Shown here: in pieces, positions 1-12,661 of the stretch
Numbering within the stretch: the first letter of the stretch is position 1
How the letters are laid out: each line of letters opens with the position of its first letter
Assembly (NCBI GenBank): GCA_963514005.1
Contig: OY740803.1
Location: forward strand, 31,310,001-31,374,000
DNA: 64,000 bases
Source of the DNA: Raja brachyura
Taxonomy: Eukaryota
Direction of reading: 5' to 3'
Position numbers and translations under genes: made by a program
The notes under the pieces: generated by a model
Told to the model about the DNA's origin: nothing
What the model saw: only the letters and a program-made list of their open reading frames with translations
Database searches by the model: none

Positions 1-1320
1 AAAGTAATGTGTGAGTAGTCAGTGTCACCTTTCACAATAGAAAAGCAACGTTGAGAAGATATGTAGACTTTTAGTCCACTTCCATTCCTTATAGTGCTAT
101 TTCTTTACTAATGTTAATTTCTTTAAGCTCTTCATTTACATTGATACCTGGGTCACCCTCTAATTCTAAAATATTCCTTCTGTCTTCTACTGTGACAACA
201 TATAAAATGCTCCTCATTTAAATTTCCCCTGACTAAGCCAGTGAGAGACCCATGTTTACTTTTTCTAATTTCTAGCTTTTTACCATCCTGCAGAAATGTT
301 CACAATTTGTTTTTATTTTTTCCAGTATTGTATTCTTTATTCAGCTCTTATATTTGCTCCTTTTACATCAATTTCTTGTTGAATTTTAAATTCTTCACTA
401 AACTACTTTGTGATCTTCAGATGGATGTAATCAAAGAGAAAATCTCTTTCATATTTAATCTCTCTTTCCCCTCTTTCCATAGTTTCTTTATTTCTCAATT
501 ACTTGTCTGCTTCTGAGTTTAACTCCTGAACATTTCAAAACCAAGCATTCGTCTACAGTCTGAAACCAGTACCACCCAGAATCCAAAAGCTGTCATTCAT
601 GCCACACAGAAGATTAATGTGCTTAGATTTAGTACCTTTCTCCTTTCTCACAGAGGTATCAACCTGTTTATTTAAAATGGGTTGATGCCATTAAAATAGC
701 AGAGAGGGACATTGGGCATGAACCCTTCATGAATAACTGCAAGCAGTAACTTCCAACCTCTGACCTTGCCATGGCTTAAGAGACTGACTGGCGATGGATT
801 CTAATTAGCTGTTGAAGTTGTACACTGAGATGACTGGGACATTTATCCAACACATGCAATAACTTTCCCACAGAAAATTGGAAGAACAAATCATCAAAAT
901 TGCAACGCCCCAATAATTCCCCAGTCAGTGGTGTTAAATGCCCTATATGATCAGGGATGTACCATTCCAGGACATTCCAGTCAACCTCTAAAACTTGGTA
1001 TTGTATAAATTATTTGTCCAACTTATTTTGGGGTTTTTTCATTTATATAACATCTTTCATAATCTCACAATGCCCAATGTAGGAAGTTATATGTCCGAGA
1101 TGAGTTGATTCGGAAAGCCTTGAAGGGTGTAGAACATGCAGAGGTGTAATTAGATGGGAGCCAAAGACAGGGTATAAAAAAGACTGGCAACAAAGGAAGG
1201 ATTTTTGGTTAAAAGTGACTGAAGAGCACGAGAGACAAAAGGAAGATCAGGGCTATGGGGTCCAAAAGGTATGTGGACAAAGAGAACAAATCCCAGTATT
1301 ACCAATGAAATGCTGTTATT

Positions 1321-1638
1321 TTTAGTTTAATCTAATTTAGAAATACTGTGCTGAAACAGGCCCTTCGGCCTATCGAGTCCACACCAATCAGCGATTCCCG
1401 CACATTAACACTATCCTCCGCACAACACACTAGGGACAATTTACATTTATACCAAACTAATTAACCTACAAAGCAGTATGTCTTTGGAGTGTGGGAGGAA
1501 TCTGAAGATCTCGGAGAAAACCCACGCAGGTCACGGGGAGAATGTGCAAACCACGTACAGATAGCACCCTTAGTCAGCATCGAACCCGGGTCTCTGGCGC
1601 TGCAAGGCAGTAACTCTAATGCTGCGCCACCGTGCCGC
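1321..1638 (-). mobile_element. tRNA-derived V-SINE (HE1-like), full length
   Basis: Minus strand reads GCGGCACGGTGGCGCAGC (A box)...CCCGGGTTCGATGC (B box), then the V-domain TTCTCCCCGTGACCTGCGTGGGTTTTCTCC and the CR1-like tail GGCCGAAGGGCCTGTTTC...CTAAA; matches about 10 other copies here. Confidence 0.9.
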
Positions 1639-3159
1639 ACAATGTTATGTTATAGAAAGAAAGAAAAACCCACATTGCATGCATGAGTGGACTGCCTAAT
1701 TGTGCACAGTTGTGACACACTGCAATGCTTTGTCCGGATGGCAACGGCTGTGGGGAAATGGTGGGCTGCATACTGGGGAAAGCATCACAGTTCTTCTTCG
1801 AAGTATTGCAGAAGGAGGCATTGCTCAGAGGGCAGCGAAAGTCTCAATTTACCAGCTCATTGGGAAAACAAATCCTTGCGACCGCTGAATCATTACTGCA
1901 AAAACAAGTACAGTAATGTTATTGGGAGCAGGTTTCTTTTGACATTTTCATTTTAGCAGGTGGCTGGAGCTTGTTAAGATAAAACTATTGGTCTAAATTG
2001 CTCGTGGCAAGTTTCCAAAATGCCGGTCTGGAGGACAGGTCAGTCCAAACATTGAACCTATCTCTTGCTGAGCTGTCACATGAATGAAATAGGAAGTGTG
2101 GGCTTTGTAGCCAGATTTGTTTTACCGTCTGCAGCATATCTTCCACACGGTGCTCATGAATCACTGATAAATAGCAGAGGTGCCAATTTACAATGTTCGC
2201 TAAAGCTGACACAGCCCCAAAATGATGAGCGCTCAAAACTAATGTGCAACTTCAAAAAGTAGCCGTAATAAATTCTTGTGAAGAACGCCACAGCTTCAAA
2301 ATGATTCTGTGGCTTCCTCTCCCTGGATCGGGTTGCTACATTTCTAACAATGTTCGGGGATCACATTCTGTAGTTTGTTATCCTGCTGCAACAAAAGCCT
2401 AATGATCTCACTAATGCCATCACGAGCTTGAGGCAGGTGTCACAGCTAAAGCTGTCATCGGACCCAGTATTCCGCTGTTTGAAACGTGTGGGGAGAGAGA
2501 GGACATTGGAATAAATGGACAGTGATGCATGGCGCAGTGCTTATTTAGTATTATGGGTAAAGTCATTGTCTTTCAGCTTCAACTTGAAAGTCATTCACCT
2601 TTATTGGAATGAGTGGGATTGAATCTTCCATATTCACAAATCATTCACATACATTTTCTGCGGCCTATCCTGAATTCCCCCAACAGGATTTTTTTTCCCA
2701 TTGTGAATTTTTTAAATGGGAATTTAGAGTTGATGGAAGATCAGGAATCTGATGGGAACACTGAGGCCAAATTCCAGGACTCTCATCACTGACATACCTT
2801 GGTTTTCTTCAATGAAATTTAATCCATCAAAACAACAACATCCCATAAATGGGATATTTGACAGTTTGATGAGACATTACAAACTGTTCTGATCAGGTTT
2901 GCTAAACAATTTATTTCATACCTCCCTCACTATTACCTGGAAGGGTGACTACATACAGTGCTTTTTATTTCACAGCATGTGAATGAAAATCAATTTAACT
3001 AGGAGTAAATTGCATTTGCAGCAATTTCTAGATCAAATCAAGCAAATCATGAAATTCGACAGGATATTTCCTGCCATGAGTCAAACTTGTGATTTTTGGT
3101 GTTGGGACCCACTCAGTTATATTGTTGTGTGAGCAATGGGCCTTTTGAGCCATTGGAGG

Positions 3160-3559
3160 CAAAGATCCTATAGCAAGCAAGATAGATCATTCGACAAAAA
3201 AGGCATAGTACGGTCATGGGCAGATTCATGGGTAATTTTAGGCCCCATTTCCGTAACCGGCTTCCGTCTCCACACCAAAGATCCCATAGCGGAGCAAAGA
3301 TAACTAGTTTGAAGACGGAAGCCGGTTATGGAAACATCCTCGTAAAAATAAAAGTTCTTTGGTAAAAATCTTCTCCTCATTTTCAGAATTTTTATTTATT
3401 AAACTGTTCCCCCGCAACGTTAATTACACTGCAAGTAGGGTTGGGTCGGGTTATGGAAATGGATGAATAAAAGGCCCATGTTCCATTCCGTTGCATACTA
3501 CACGTCAGCCCATTGCACTTAGCAGGAGTGGTCTACCTTGCTCCGCTATAGGATCTTTG
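3160..3559. mobile_element. Non-autonomous DNA transposon (MITE), 8-bp TSD, P or hAT superfamily
   Basis: ~33-bp TIRs CAAAGATCCTATAGC..AGCAAG.TAGA.CA.TC at both ends; exact TSD ATTGGAGG at 3152-3159 and 3560-3567. Confidence 0.9.
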
Positions 3560-3989
3560 ATTGGAGGGGGTCACGGGGCAGTCAAGTTGTTGTTGTACTG
3601 CCATCCTGAGGCATTTATGGAACAACATGGTTTTAACGATGGACTAGCTAAATGTCACACCTGCAGATAAACGAGAGACTTGGCTAAATCCTCAGTTTAA
3701 TCCTCCACCCCATCACTGAAGCAACTCTTCCCCCACCCACGATTCCTCTGATCACTCAGTCACCTTTCCTTGAACTGTTATTCTTTGCTGCTAACTTAGT
3801 AATTAAATCTATTACTCACTATAATTAGTGAGATGGAATGCACGTGAATAGGTAAATAGAAGGAATAAGAGGAAGACCAGCTGGATTGGAGAACACTGTA
3901 ACTGAGATAGTGAGGAGTGTTCCAGAAGGCAGGGCCAAGGAGGATGATAATAAAAATGTCTTGAGGCAGATTATCAGTGAATAAATGAT

Positions 3990-4338
3990 AATAAATGGCC
4001 GTCTCGGGAGCTCCATGCCGCGGAGTGTTCCGATCCATCCCGACACCGGAGTTTCCATCATCCCGACGCAAGGGCTTCGGACATCGGACTGTCGGTAGCG
4101 GCGACTGCTGAGGGATCAAAGGCCCTGACCACCACGGGTTAACAAAGGAGGAAGATGACGGAACTTTATTGCCTTCCATCACAGTGAGGAATATGGCATC
4201 AAATGCGGTGGACGTCTATGTTAAATTGTGCTAAATGGTATCGTTGCTTTTCACTTAGTGTGGCTGTATGGTAATTCAGATTTCACTGTACCGAAGTTGG
4301 TTAAGTGACAATAAACGCAAACTTGAACTTGAACTTGA
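3990..4338 (+). mobile_element. Non-autonomous retroelement with CpG-rich body and Rex1-like 3' tail
   Basis: Ends in TTTCACTGTACC...GTGACAATAAA plus (ACTTGA)3; internal CTTCCATCACAGTGAGGAA recurs inverted at about 39155-39175. 5' boundary approximate. Confidence 0.6.
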
Positions 4339-4736
4339 GATACAGGAGGTACTGTAACTTTTTCATTACGCTTTAATGGAATTTATGGATTTTGCATGTA
4401 TTTCCCCAGTCGTGCTTGCAGGTCTTTAAGGGAAAGTAGAAAGAAAACAGTCTGGTTAACGGTGAATTGTTGCACTTTTCTATACATGAGCAAACCAGAT
4501 GGTTATATGAGCCAGTCAGAACTGCATGGTCACTTGTAGAACCTGTAGAAATTGTGACACCAGCCACACACTTCCCTTTCCCCATTCCCTACACTCAACA
4601 GCCTAACTATGATCTTCTGTGGATGATTGAGATCAAATTTAGGAAGAAATAAAAATTCCCATTTTACATTTGCAGAATATGTTTTGTGAAATCTATGTTT
4701 CATCACATATTGTACTTATCTGATATAGGTACTGTA

Positions 4737-4774
4737 TGGGTCTGAAGAAGGGTCTCGACCTGAAACGTCACCTA
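4737..4774 (+). ncRNA. Minimal type I hammerhead ribozyme motif (PLE type)
   Basis: CUGANGA at 4742-4748; stem II GGGU/ACCU with CUCG loop; GAAA at 4762-4765; GUC triplet at 4767-4769; stem I UGGGU/ACCUA. Confidence 0.65.
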
Positions 4775-4836
4775 CTCCTTTTCTCCAGAGATGCTGCCTG
4801 ACCCACTGAGTTACTCCAACCTTTTGTGTCTATCTT
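4737..4836 (+). mobile_element. Penelope-like element terminal remnant with minimal type I hammerhead motif
   Basis: TGGGT CTGAAGA AGGGTCTCGACCT GAAA CGTC ACCTA followed by the recurring block GATGCTGCCTGACCCACTGAGTTACTCCA. Confidence 0.8.
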
Positions 4837-5582
4837 CACTGTATTTAATTTGTCTGCTAATAATGTGGAAAATAATCTCTCGTCACATCTGTGAGCAAGT
4901 AGAAGAAATTTATCGTAGCCCCAGTTTTAATCAGCAAGTTTCCATTGGTTGTGAAGTCTGCAACAGTTAGTGTGCATTCAAAGTGAAGCAGGGATTGATT
5001 GAGGTTTAAACCCCAAAACGCTGTGCATTTTATTCTTTAAACTGGAAATGTTAGTCACTGAAGAGGCAGTCTCTGCTGTCAATATGTTCAGTAATTTCCA
5101 TGAGACCACTGACTTGAGCATATCCAACAGCAACAAGACGGATGTCAGGAGCAGTAATGACTTCCAGATGTCTATGCAGTAGGTTAAACACAGCTTGTTG
5201 TACTTTTACCGTATTGCCACATCCATCAAGCTGGGAGCAGCAGTGGGAGGTTGCAATGGAGAAAGCGGTAAACATTCATTTTCAACTTCCAGCCACTACA
5301 ATTGGTTTCCTTCAAAAATACATCTCCATGAACACTCTATCCCGCTGAGAAGAGAGATCTGTGTGATGCTCATTATCTCTGAACAAAGAGGTGAGCAGTT
5401 CTTGTGTAGTTCTCTACCTGGTCCAGAGCTTGAACTGTCCTTCGAAGGTGTTCAACCTATCTCTCACTGCTCGCTTTAGGCCTGCATTGGGATGAATGTT
5501 CCCACTGTGAGGAGAGGTGTGTTCCTCTCTGTTTAAGGAGCATTTTCTTATCCAATGAACAGAGATAACTCAATATGCAGGT

Positions 5583-6143
5583 TCAAGAGAGTCAAGAGTG
5601 TTTTATTGTCATATGTCCCGGATAGAACAATGAAATTCATACTTGCTGCAGCGCAACAGAATATATAAACATACTAAACTGTAAACAATATAGTAAACGA
5701 GAGAGAAAACAAAGTTCAGTGTGTGTATATATACACATACTCACAAATACACACATATTAACACATACACTCACACACTCACACGTACCTACACACAAAA
5801 AACAAACAATAATAGTGCAATAATAACAAAGTTAGTCTATTGTAGTTCAGAGCGTTTTTGAGGTTGTCGTATTTAATAGCCTGAATACTGTAAGGAAGAA
5901 GCTGTTCTTGAACCTGGACGTTACAATTAACAGGCTCCTGCACCTTCTTCCCGGTGGCAGTGGTGAAATGAGTGTGTGGCCAGGATGGTGTGGGTCTCTG
6001 ATGATGCTGGCTGCCTTTTCCAGGCAGCAACACTTGGTAAATCCCTTCGATGGTGGGGAGGTCAGAGCCGGTGATGGACTGGGCAGTGTTCACAACCTTT
6101 TGCAGTCTTTTTCATTCCTGGGCATTCAAGTTGCCGAACCAGG
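5583..6143 (-). mobile_element. Rex1/Babar-like LINE 3' fragment
   Basis: Minus ORF 5779-6093 begins NTAQSITGSDLPTIEGIY; frameshifted continuation resembles the Rex1 C-terminal LLPSGRRYRSL..RFKNSFFP; 3' tail ...GACAATAAAACACTCTTGACTCTCTTGA. Confidence 0.75.
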
Positions 6144-6155
6144 TATTATTTTCTT

Positions 6156-6460
6156 GTTTAGCTTAGAGGTACAGCATAGAAACAGCTCCTTTGACCCACC
6201 AAGTCCATGCTGACGGTCGATCACCAATTCACACAAGTGTTATGTTATCCCATTTCCATATGCATGAGGGGCAATTTTACAGAGACCAATTAACCTACAA
6301 ACCTGAACATCATTGGGAGGTGGGGGGAAACCAGAGCACCTGAGGAAACCCATGCGGTCCCAAGGCGAACGTGCAAATTCCACGTGGACAACACCTGAGG
6401 TCAAAATTGAACCCGGGTCTCTGGTGCCGCGAGGCACTAGCTCTACCAACTGTGCCAACT
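6156..6460 (-). mobile_element. HE1-like V-SINE
   Basis: Reverse-complement similarity to the other SINE copies (B box CCCGGGTTCAAT, V-domain, tail). Confidence 0.8.
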
Positions 6461-6639
6461 CTGTTGTATTGTTGCCTCCTCCTTCCTCGTTTCCCATTTT
6501 ACCCTTGACCCATTCTCTCCTCACTCCCCTCTCCCCAGTATCCACAGTCCCTCCTCAGGCTTGGTGATGGTACAACTGTTCTTTCTTCTAATCTTCTCTT
6601 CCACTTGGAATGTGGAATCTGCTCTTTAATATAAAAAGG

Positions 6640-6915
6640 CAAGGTTTCTTGGAGCATGGAAGACTGAAGTCATCTGATTGTGGTGTTTAAAATATCAAAA
6701 TAAATGGATAGGGTGGATGCAGAAAAAGCTGGTTAGGCTAGAGAAACAACAATAACAGGCCCAAAATTAAATTTAAAGGCAGGAATTTTGAAGCATTTTC
6801 TCACAACAAGGAGAGGCAAAAAAGTTGGGACAAATGAGCTGAAATGGATAGATTGTTGAACAAAGGAATTGAAGAGTATTGAATAAATGTTGAGCAAGTG
6901 GATTTGAGGGGCCAC
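6640..6915 (+). mobile_element. Old CR1 LINE 3' fragment
   Basis: Degenerate similarity to the CR1 3' coding end (TTTAAAATA...GGATAGGGTGGATGCAGAAAA...TTTTCTCACAA). Confidence 0.5.
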
Positions 6916-8177
6916 AACTATCAGCTACTCAAAGGACATCCGTCATACTGCCTCAGGAATCTTTTAACAGGAGCTTCTCAGTAGAATCTTGGAGTCTTAG
7001 GAAGAGGAGGAGAACAGTTATTCTACTAGTTCTTTCCATGACAAGCAGCGAAAGAAATCATAAGTTGCTTTGAAATAAATTAGTTGTTATTTGTATTAGT
7101 TTATTATTGTCGTGTGTACTGAGATATAGTCATAAGATTACATTGAATGGTGGGGCAGGCTTGAAGGGCTGAGTGGCCTACCCAAGCTATTTTCTTATGT
7201 TATCATATTCTAGTCAGCTCTTGGCTGGTTTGCAGCTTATCTTTACTGCATTCAATGTAACATTTAATCAAGCTCAGTATATTGAATATTTTAACTTGAC
7301 TCTAACCTCAACACCAAGGGAGAGAGTTCCAATATTTCCTCTACCATTTTCAGGAAGTATTTGTGTTCCCTCTCCTAAGTGAGCCAAGTACCATTCGTCT
7401 TCTGGGCTCTGGGTTCAGAGGAACAATGTTTTTTTTCTCCTCTCAATTCCTAAACTTCTCGATAAATTACATCTTAATCTTCAGTACCCAAGGAGTACTA
7501 ATCTAGTCAATGCAACTTGCCCTCTATAGCCCCACCATACTTCTGGTAAATGTAAACCACACCTGCTCCACTATACGCATGTCACAACAACCACTGCCAT
7601 CAAGGCAAGATTATCTCCCCTGGGAAGCAATACTCAGCACTGTAGAAGCATTAGTGAGTAATAGTTAGAACTAGTTACACAAATTCTACTCCTGCTATGT
7701 TCCAGCCCCAACTATTCGATAAGCAGCCAGTGGCCAATGAGGTTCTGGAATATGGTCTCATGGTATCAGAAGATCTAATGAACCCTCACTTAGCAGTTTT
7801 TTTTGGTAAATGAAATCAGTAAATATAAATTGATTATTTAACTGTGGGGGCATTATACCAAACCCTATAGTTCAATGCAAACAATGGACAAAACCTTTCC
7901 TTGTGAGGAATTAGTGGTGGCATAATGGATTATAAAAGTTGATTTCCAATACTGATAAAATGAGATGTTGCCCAGATTCTGTTGTGTACACAACACCTAA
8001 TAGTTACGCATTACCATCCTCTTAGCATTATGTATCTGCAGTAGATTATTTTAAAATGTTACTTCACCTCTATTAGAAATGAATATTTGGTGTGTTCAAT
8101 ATTTGTTCTAAATGCACTAATATCTTTTGTTTATTATTGATGTCACTAATAGTGAACTTCGCATAACAAAGCTAAAT

Positions 8178-8179
<2 letters not shown>

Positions 8180-8212
<33 letters not shown>
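8180..8212. repeat. (AAT)n microsatellite
   Basis: About 11 perfect units. Confidence 0.95.
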
Positions 8213-8217
<5 letters not shown>

Positions 8218-10541
8218 GCAAGAAGAAACAAAAGCATGCAAAGTGAGGTTAACTATCTGGCCATGCTCTGAGTAAGTAATCTGAAAACAACCTCTTCAAT
8301 AAAATCAGAGCAGTAATTTATGTTACAGTGTTTCATGTGAGGTGACGAAGCAGTGTTTAGAAAGTTATAAATATAAAGCTCTTCTTCACTACATTGGGAG
8401 GATTGTAACAGGCCATAGTCTTAGCACTAACTTGACCTTGGACGCAGCTTAATTTCAGGGACAATGTCAGACAAGAACCAGCAAACATTAGCAAGGTCTG
8501 TCATTAGTCTGGACTGATCAGAATAGAGTTCGCCAACTGCTAATCATTGTTATTGATGTGTGGAGGCTGGAATTAAAGTATGGGCAAATGGAAATAGAAA
8601 AGTTGGTAACATGTGCACAGATTTTAAGTAAAACCTATAATGGGCCATTAGCCATCATTTGGAAAAGCTATTAGAAGTCAATGAGAACTCCTGAGAGGCA
8701 GACGTGCTTGGATACGAGAGAGAAAGGTTATGGACTCGAGAGAGCATGAAATAGAGGTCCTCATGTAGTTCAATGGACATCTTTTCTCAGGGAGGAATAG
8801 CTGGGGTAAAAAAAATATTGTTTACAAGCATTAATGGGTCAGCCAGCATCTCTGGAGAACATGAATAGGCTACATTTGGGTCAGATCTCTGCTTCAGTAA
8901 TAACTTCATTATACTTGTGCACTCACACTTTATTTGATCTTAGTTCCACCTTCTACTGTAGAACATTCTGTAGAAAAGGAAAAGGTGTCGTTTTAGGTTG
9001 AGACCCTTTTTCAGGTCTGGTTTGACTTCCATGTGTGCAGCACCTGAAAACAAAAAGTTTGGCATGCATTATATGACCTCCCAAAAAGGTTTCAGTGGTA
9101 ATGTGACTGTGGGTATGTGAGGAAACATTGTCGGGCCAACTCAGATCCCACAGCCACCCAGGATACAAATGGTTAATGGATCTATTGGTTGAGGTAGTGG
9201 GATTGGAACCATAGTACTCTGAGAAAGCTGAATGGGATTGGTAGTATTCACCCAAGTCATTGTGACTGGTATTTTGATATTTTGAATTTCACCTTAAGTG
9301 CAGCCTATCATTTCTAGCAATGGAAAATGTGCTTAGAACTGGACAGATTGAAGTGTGGAGACACAAGCCAATTGGTAGCAATTGAGCCAAGCTTACATTT
9401 CTGACTCTCATTCAAATTAAGAGAGTAATAGACAGGCAAATAGATATTGACAGTTTTTTGAAGGGATGAAAGGGGTAGTGGGCTCCCAACAAATGTGGTT
9501 AAAATCTTAACATATTTTCTGAAGGTGGCATTTCATCTCTTTTCTTTATTAATATTCAACATCTGTCAATCATTTAATACGCTTTTCGTGAAAAGTCGAC
9601 TATGTTTCTATATAACTGCGGGTCTGTGTTTGTGGTCATCTTAAAACAAGTGCAAACAATGAGGATAAAAAATGCAATAATACTAACAGTGCCTGCACAG
9701 TGCCTGGGATCGATGGACACCCCATTTGACCTTGAGTTAAAATGGATATCAAAATGCTTAGCCCTGGTCAGTGGATATTCAGTTACAATTAGCAGGGGTC
9801 ACATCCTGCTTCAATCTAATTTGTGCATTCTCCACGGGGATTCAGGTTCCACATGTAAGCACTCTGTGATTTTAGGGAATGTCAATAAGCTGCAGATTTT
9901 ATTGGAAGGCTGGCAAAGCCTGCGATACAGTCAGAGGCTCCATGGAACCAGTAACAGCGGAGGAGGTGATTAAATCCCTAGCAGTTGGCCTCATGGGATG
10001 TTGGTTTCTTGAGTAGGCTTATTGAAAATGTACAGAAAAAGAGCTAAAGAAAAAGTCATGTCTGCAATCACTAATTCCTAACGTTTTGTTGCCTTCAAGA
10101 ATACAGGATAGGACGCAATTGGCCCATTGCCATTCAATTGTACAACACTTCTGTTGCATAGACTTTTCTATCATCATGCCCATTCAATTCGTTTTCTCTT
10201 CTGGTCCCTGAGAATAACTAAAAGCACAATGCACGGTATCTAATGAAACAAAAACAGAACATGCCAAAAATGCTCAGCAAATAATGCGGAAGACGTGTTT
10301 TTACTGTCAATAATTCTTTTTGGGATAGAAACTACCTTAGATGATATAGTTGCACTTTGAGAGATGCAGTTGTAGCTCAATGGATACACTGCCCCGGGAT
10401 ATTTCTGACTGGCATGTTGAGGCAGGACAGGAATCTGCTGTCCTGTCAGATGTGCTGTCCTCTGATGAAGCTTCGCAGCAAGAGTGGCATTGGGACCATT
10501 GTGATGGGCCCTTGGAACTGTTTACTCCCCACCACACTGAT

Positions 10542-10870
10542 CGGCACAGTGGTGCGGCTGGTAAGGCTGCTGCCTCACGGTGCCAGAGACTCGGGTTCGA
10601 TCCCAACCTCGGCTCTGTCTGTGGGGAGTTTACACGTTCTCCCTGAGTCTGCATGTGTTTTGTCCGGGTGCTCCGGCTACCTCTCACAACCCAGGGACGT
10701 GTGGCTTTGTGAGTTTAATTGACCTCGGTAATTTACAACCTAACGTGTCGGGAGTCGATGAGAAAGTGGGATAACATTGAACTCGTGCGAATGGGAGATC
10801 GATGATCGGCATGGATTTGGCGGGCCAAATGGCCTGTTTCCATGCAGTATCTCCATAGCTAAAACTAAAA
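10542..10870 (+). mobile_element. HE1-like V-SINE
   Basis: GGCACAGTGGTGCGGCTGG, GGGTTCGATCC, V-domain, GGCCTGTTTCC...CTAAAACTAAA tail. Confidence 0.85.
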
Positions 10871-11406
10871 AAGCTAGTCAGAAATGGACTTTACAGAAAA
10901 TAGGATTTAATATTGGGGACCAAATTAAAAATTAATGATGTAAAAATGAAATGGTGACCTATTGTGTCAAAATAATTGGCTTGTTCCTTCGTAAGCCTCA
11001 TTGCAAAACATGAATTGTTGGTAGCAGTCTTGTAAAATCCATTACTGGTTTATTACATTTTGAATAGAAACATGTTTAATGAGAATGGTATTCATCATAT
11101 TACAGATAATGTGGGGAATCTGAATGCCCCTGTGAAAAGAGTGTGAAATGTAATTTATCTCACAGAAAATGATTTGACATGAGAAACAAATGGAAAAACT
11201 ACAGTTTCTTTTGCATAATTATATTATTAATGCACTTTAAACATTGATGTATAGCTTCCAGCTATGAATATCAGCTAGCCAGCCCTCTCATTGCTGCTAT
11301 CAACAAAGAAAAATGTAATAGGGGTCATTAGCTGCAGTCTTAACATTATTTATTGAATTAGTCTGCATTCATTTGTTTTGCCTTCATGTAATTAGTTTCC
11401 TTTCAG

Positions 11407-11436
11407 AATCTGTACTGCCATTAACGAGCTATTGGG
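11407..11436 (+). CDS. Candidate 30-nt microexon of an unidentified host gene
   Basis: Acceptor TTTCCTTTCAG, donor GG|GTAAGT, length divisible by 3, two of three frames open (xSVLPLTSYW or xICTAINELLG), inside repeat-free sequence. Confidence 0.4.
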
Positions 11437-12661
11437 GTAAGTTTAACTTGAACTGAACGTTAATCAAAGGTCTAAAACCATTTCCACTCAATACAATTAC
11501 TGTCGCAATCAGTCTCCACATCTTTCAGCAGTCATGATATTCTGTTTATAAAGAATACTTTTCAACATCCAACTTACTTTTTAATCAGTTCAAACAGAAT
11601 GTTCATAGAGTTTTAATTTTGGCTGATTTGGACTTTGATAAAAACGAGCTAATTTGTTGGTCCTGCAGGGGCTTTTGATTTTGGAAACCGCAAAAGCCCA
11701 CAGTCCACTTATTAAGACAGAGGGTGAGAAACCATCCCAGAACTAATGCCACAATGTTAAAATGAGAGTTAATTCATTCAGATCAGGAACTTAGTAGAAA
11801 CCTGGAACCCTGTCTCGAGAAGTCTTTGAATTTTGTAAGGAAATTAGAGCTTTCAAACCAAAATGATAAGAGTTATTTAGTAAGTGCATTGAGAGACATG
11901 GGACAAAAGTGGATAAATGAGTTGAGTTATTTATGATTTAATGTTGGAGCACTCATTATGGCTGGATGATCTACACTTTTTCCTAATGTATGCTGGGCCA
12001 CGTGCTGCCTATTTCGGGCCTGTTCCGCAAGTTTAAAGCTATGAGGTGTTGCAGCAAAAACCTGTCACACACCATTTTCCTTTCAGTGATCAAGCAACAC
12101 CTCCTGCGTGTTGACCCTGTCACCTATGAACTCACTGGGGAAGTACGGGCAAGGTCTAACAAGCTACATTCAATACATCATTTATCACAGTATAACTCCC
12201 AAATAGGCTAAATTTACTTGGGTAAAGCAGAGCGCATGGAATCTGAAAAATAAATAGCTGTAATATAATCTCAAGACAAGATGGTTTGGACAGTTATGAC
12301 AGGAACCACTCTACAGGGGTCACCTATATCTTGAGTGAAAAATAAAACTCTTCTCTGTTCTTTTTTTAAATCGTCCGATAAACAGCCACCTGCAGGAAAG
12401 TTGATATGTAGCGTTTCCCAGCAAGTCAAACATCTTCCATGTGTGTTTCCCAACTATAGTTGGGGTTATTTTTTGAATGCATCTTAAATCAATATTGAAA
12501 TTAAATGACCGTCAAGGTACAGAATTGTATTTAGGAAAAAGCCTTTCCCTCACTGAATCCATGGAGTCGTATCGTTTTCGAGACTGAGTGATAAGAAATG
12601 TTTGTACGTGCATGAAGGGACATTGAGTCGAGTTTTTTTAACATTCATAATTTGATAAAAC

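Noticed and set aside
1957-2038. Exon-like segment (TTTTAGCAG ... CAG|GTCAGT)
   Set aside because: Stop codons in all three frames and no other support; could at most be a non-coding exon.
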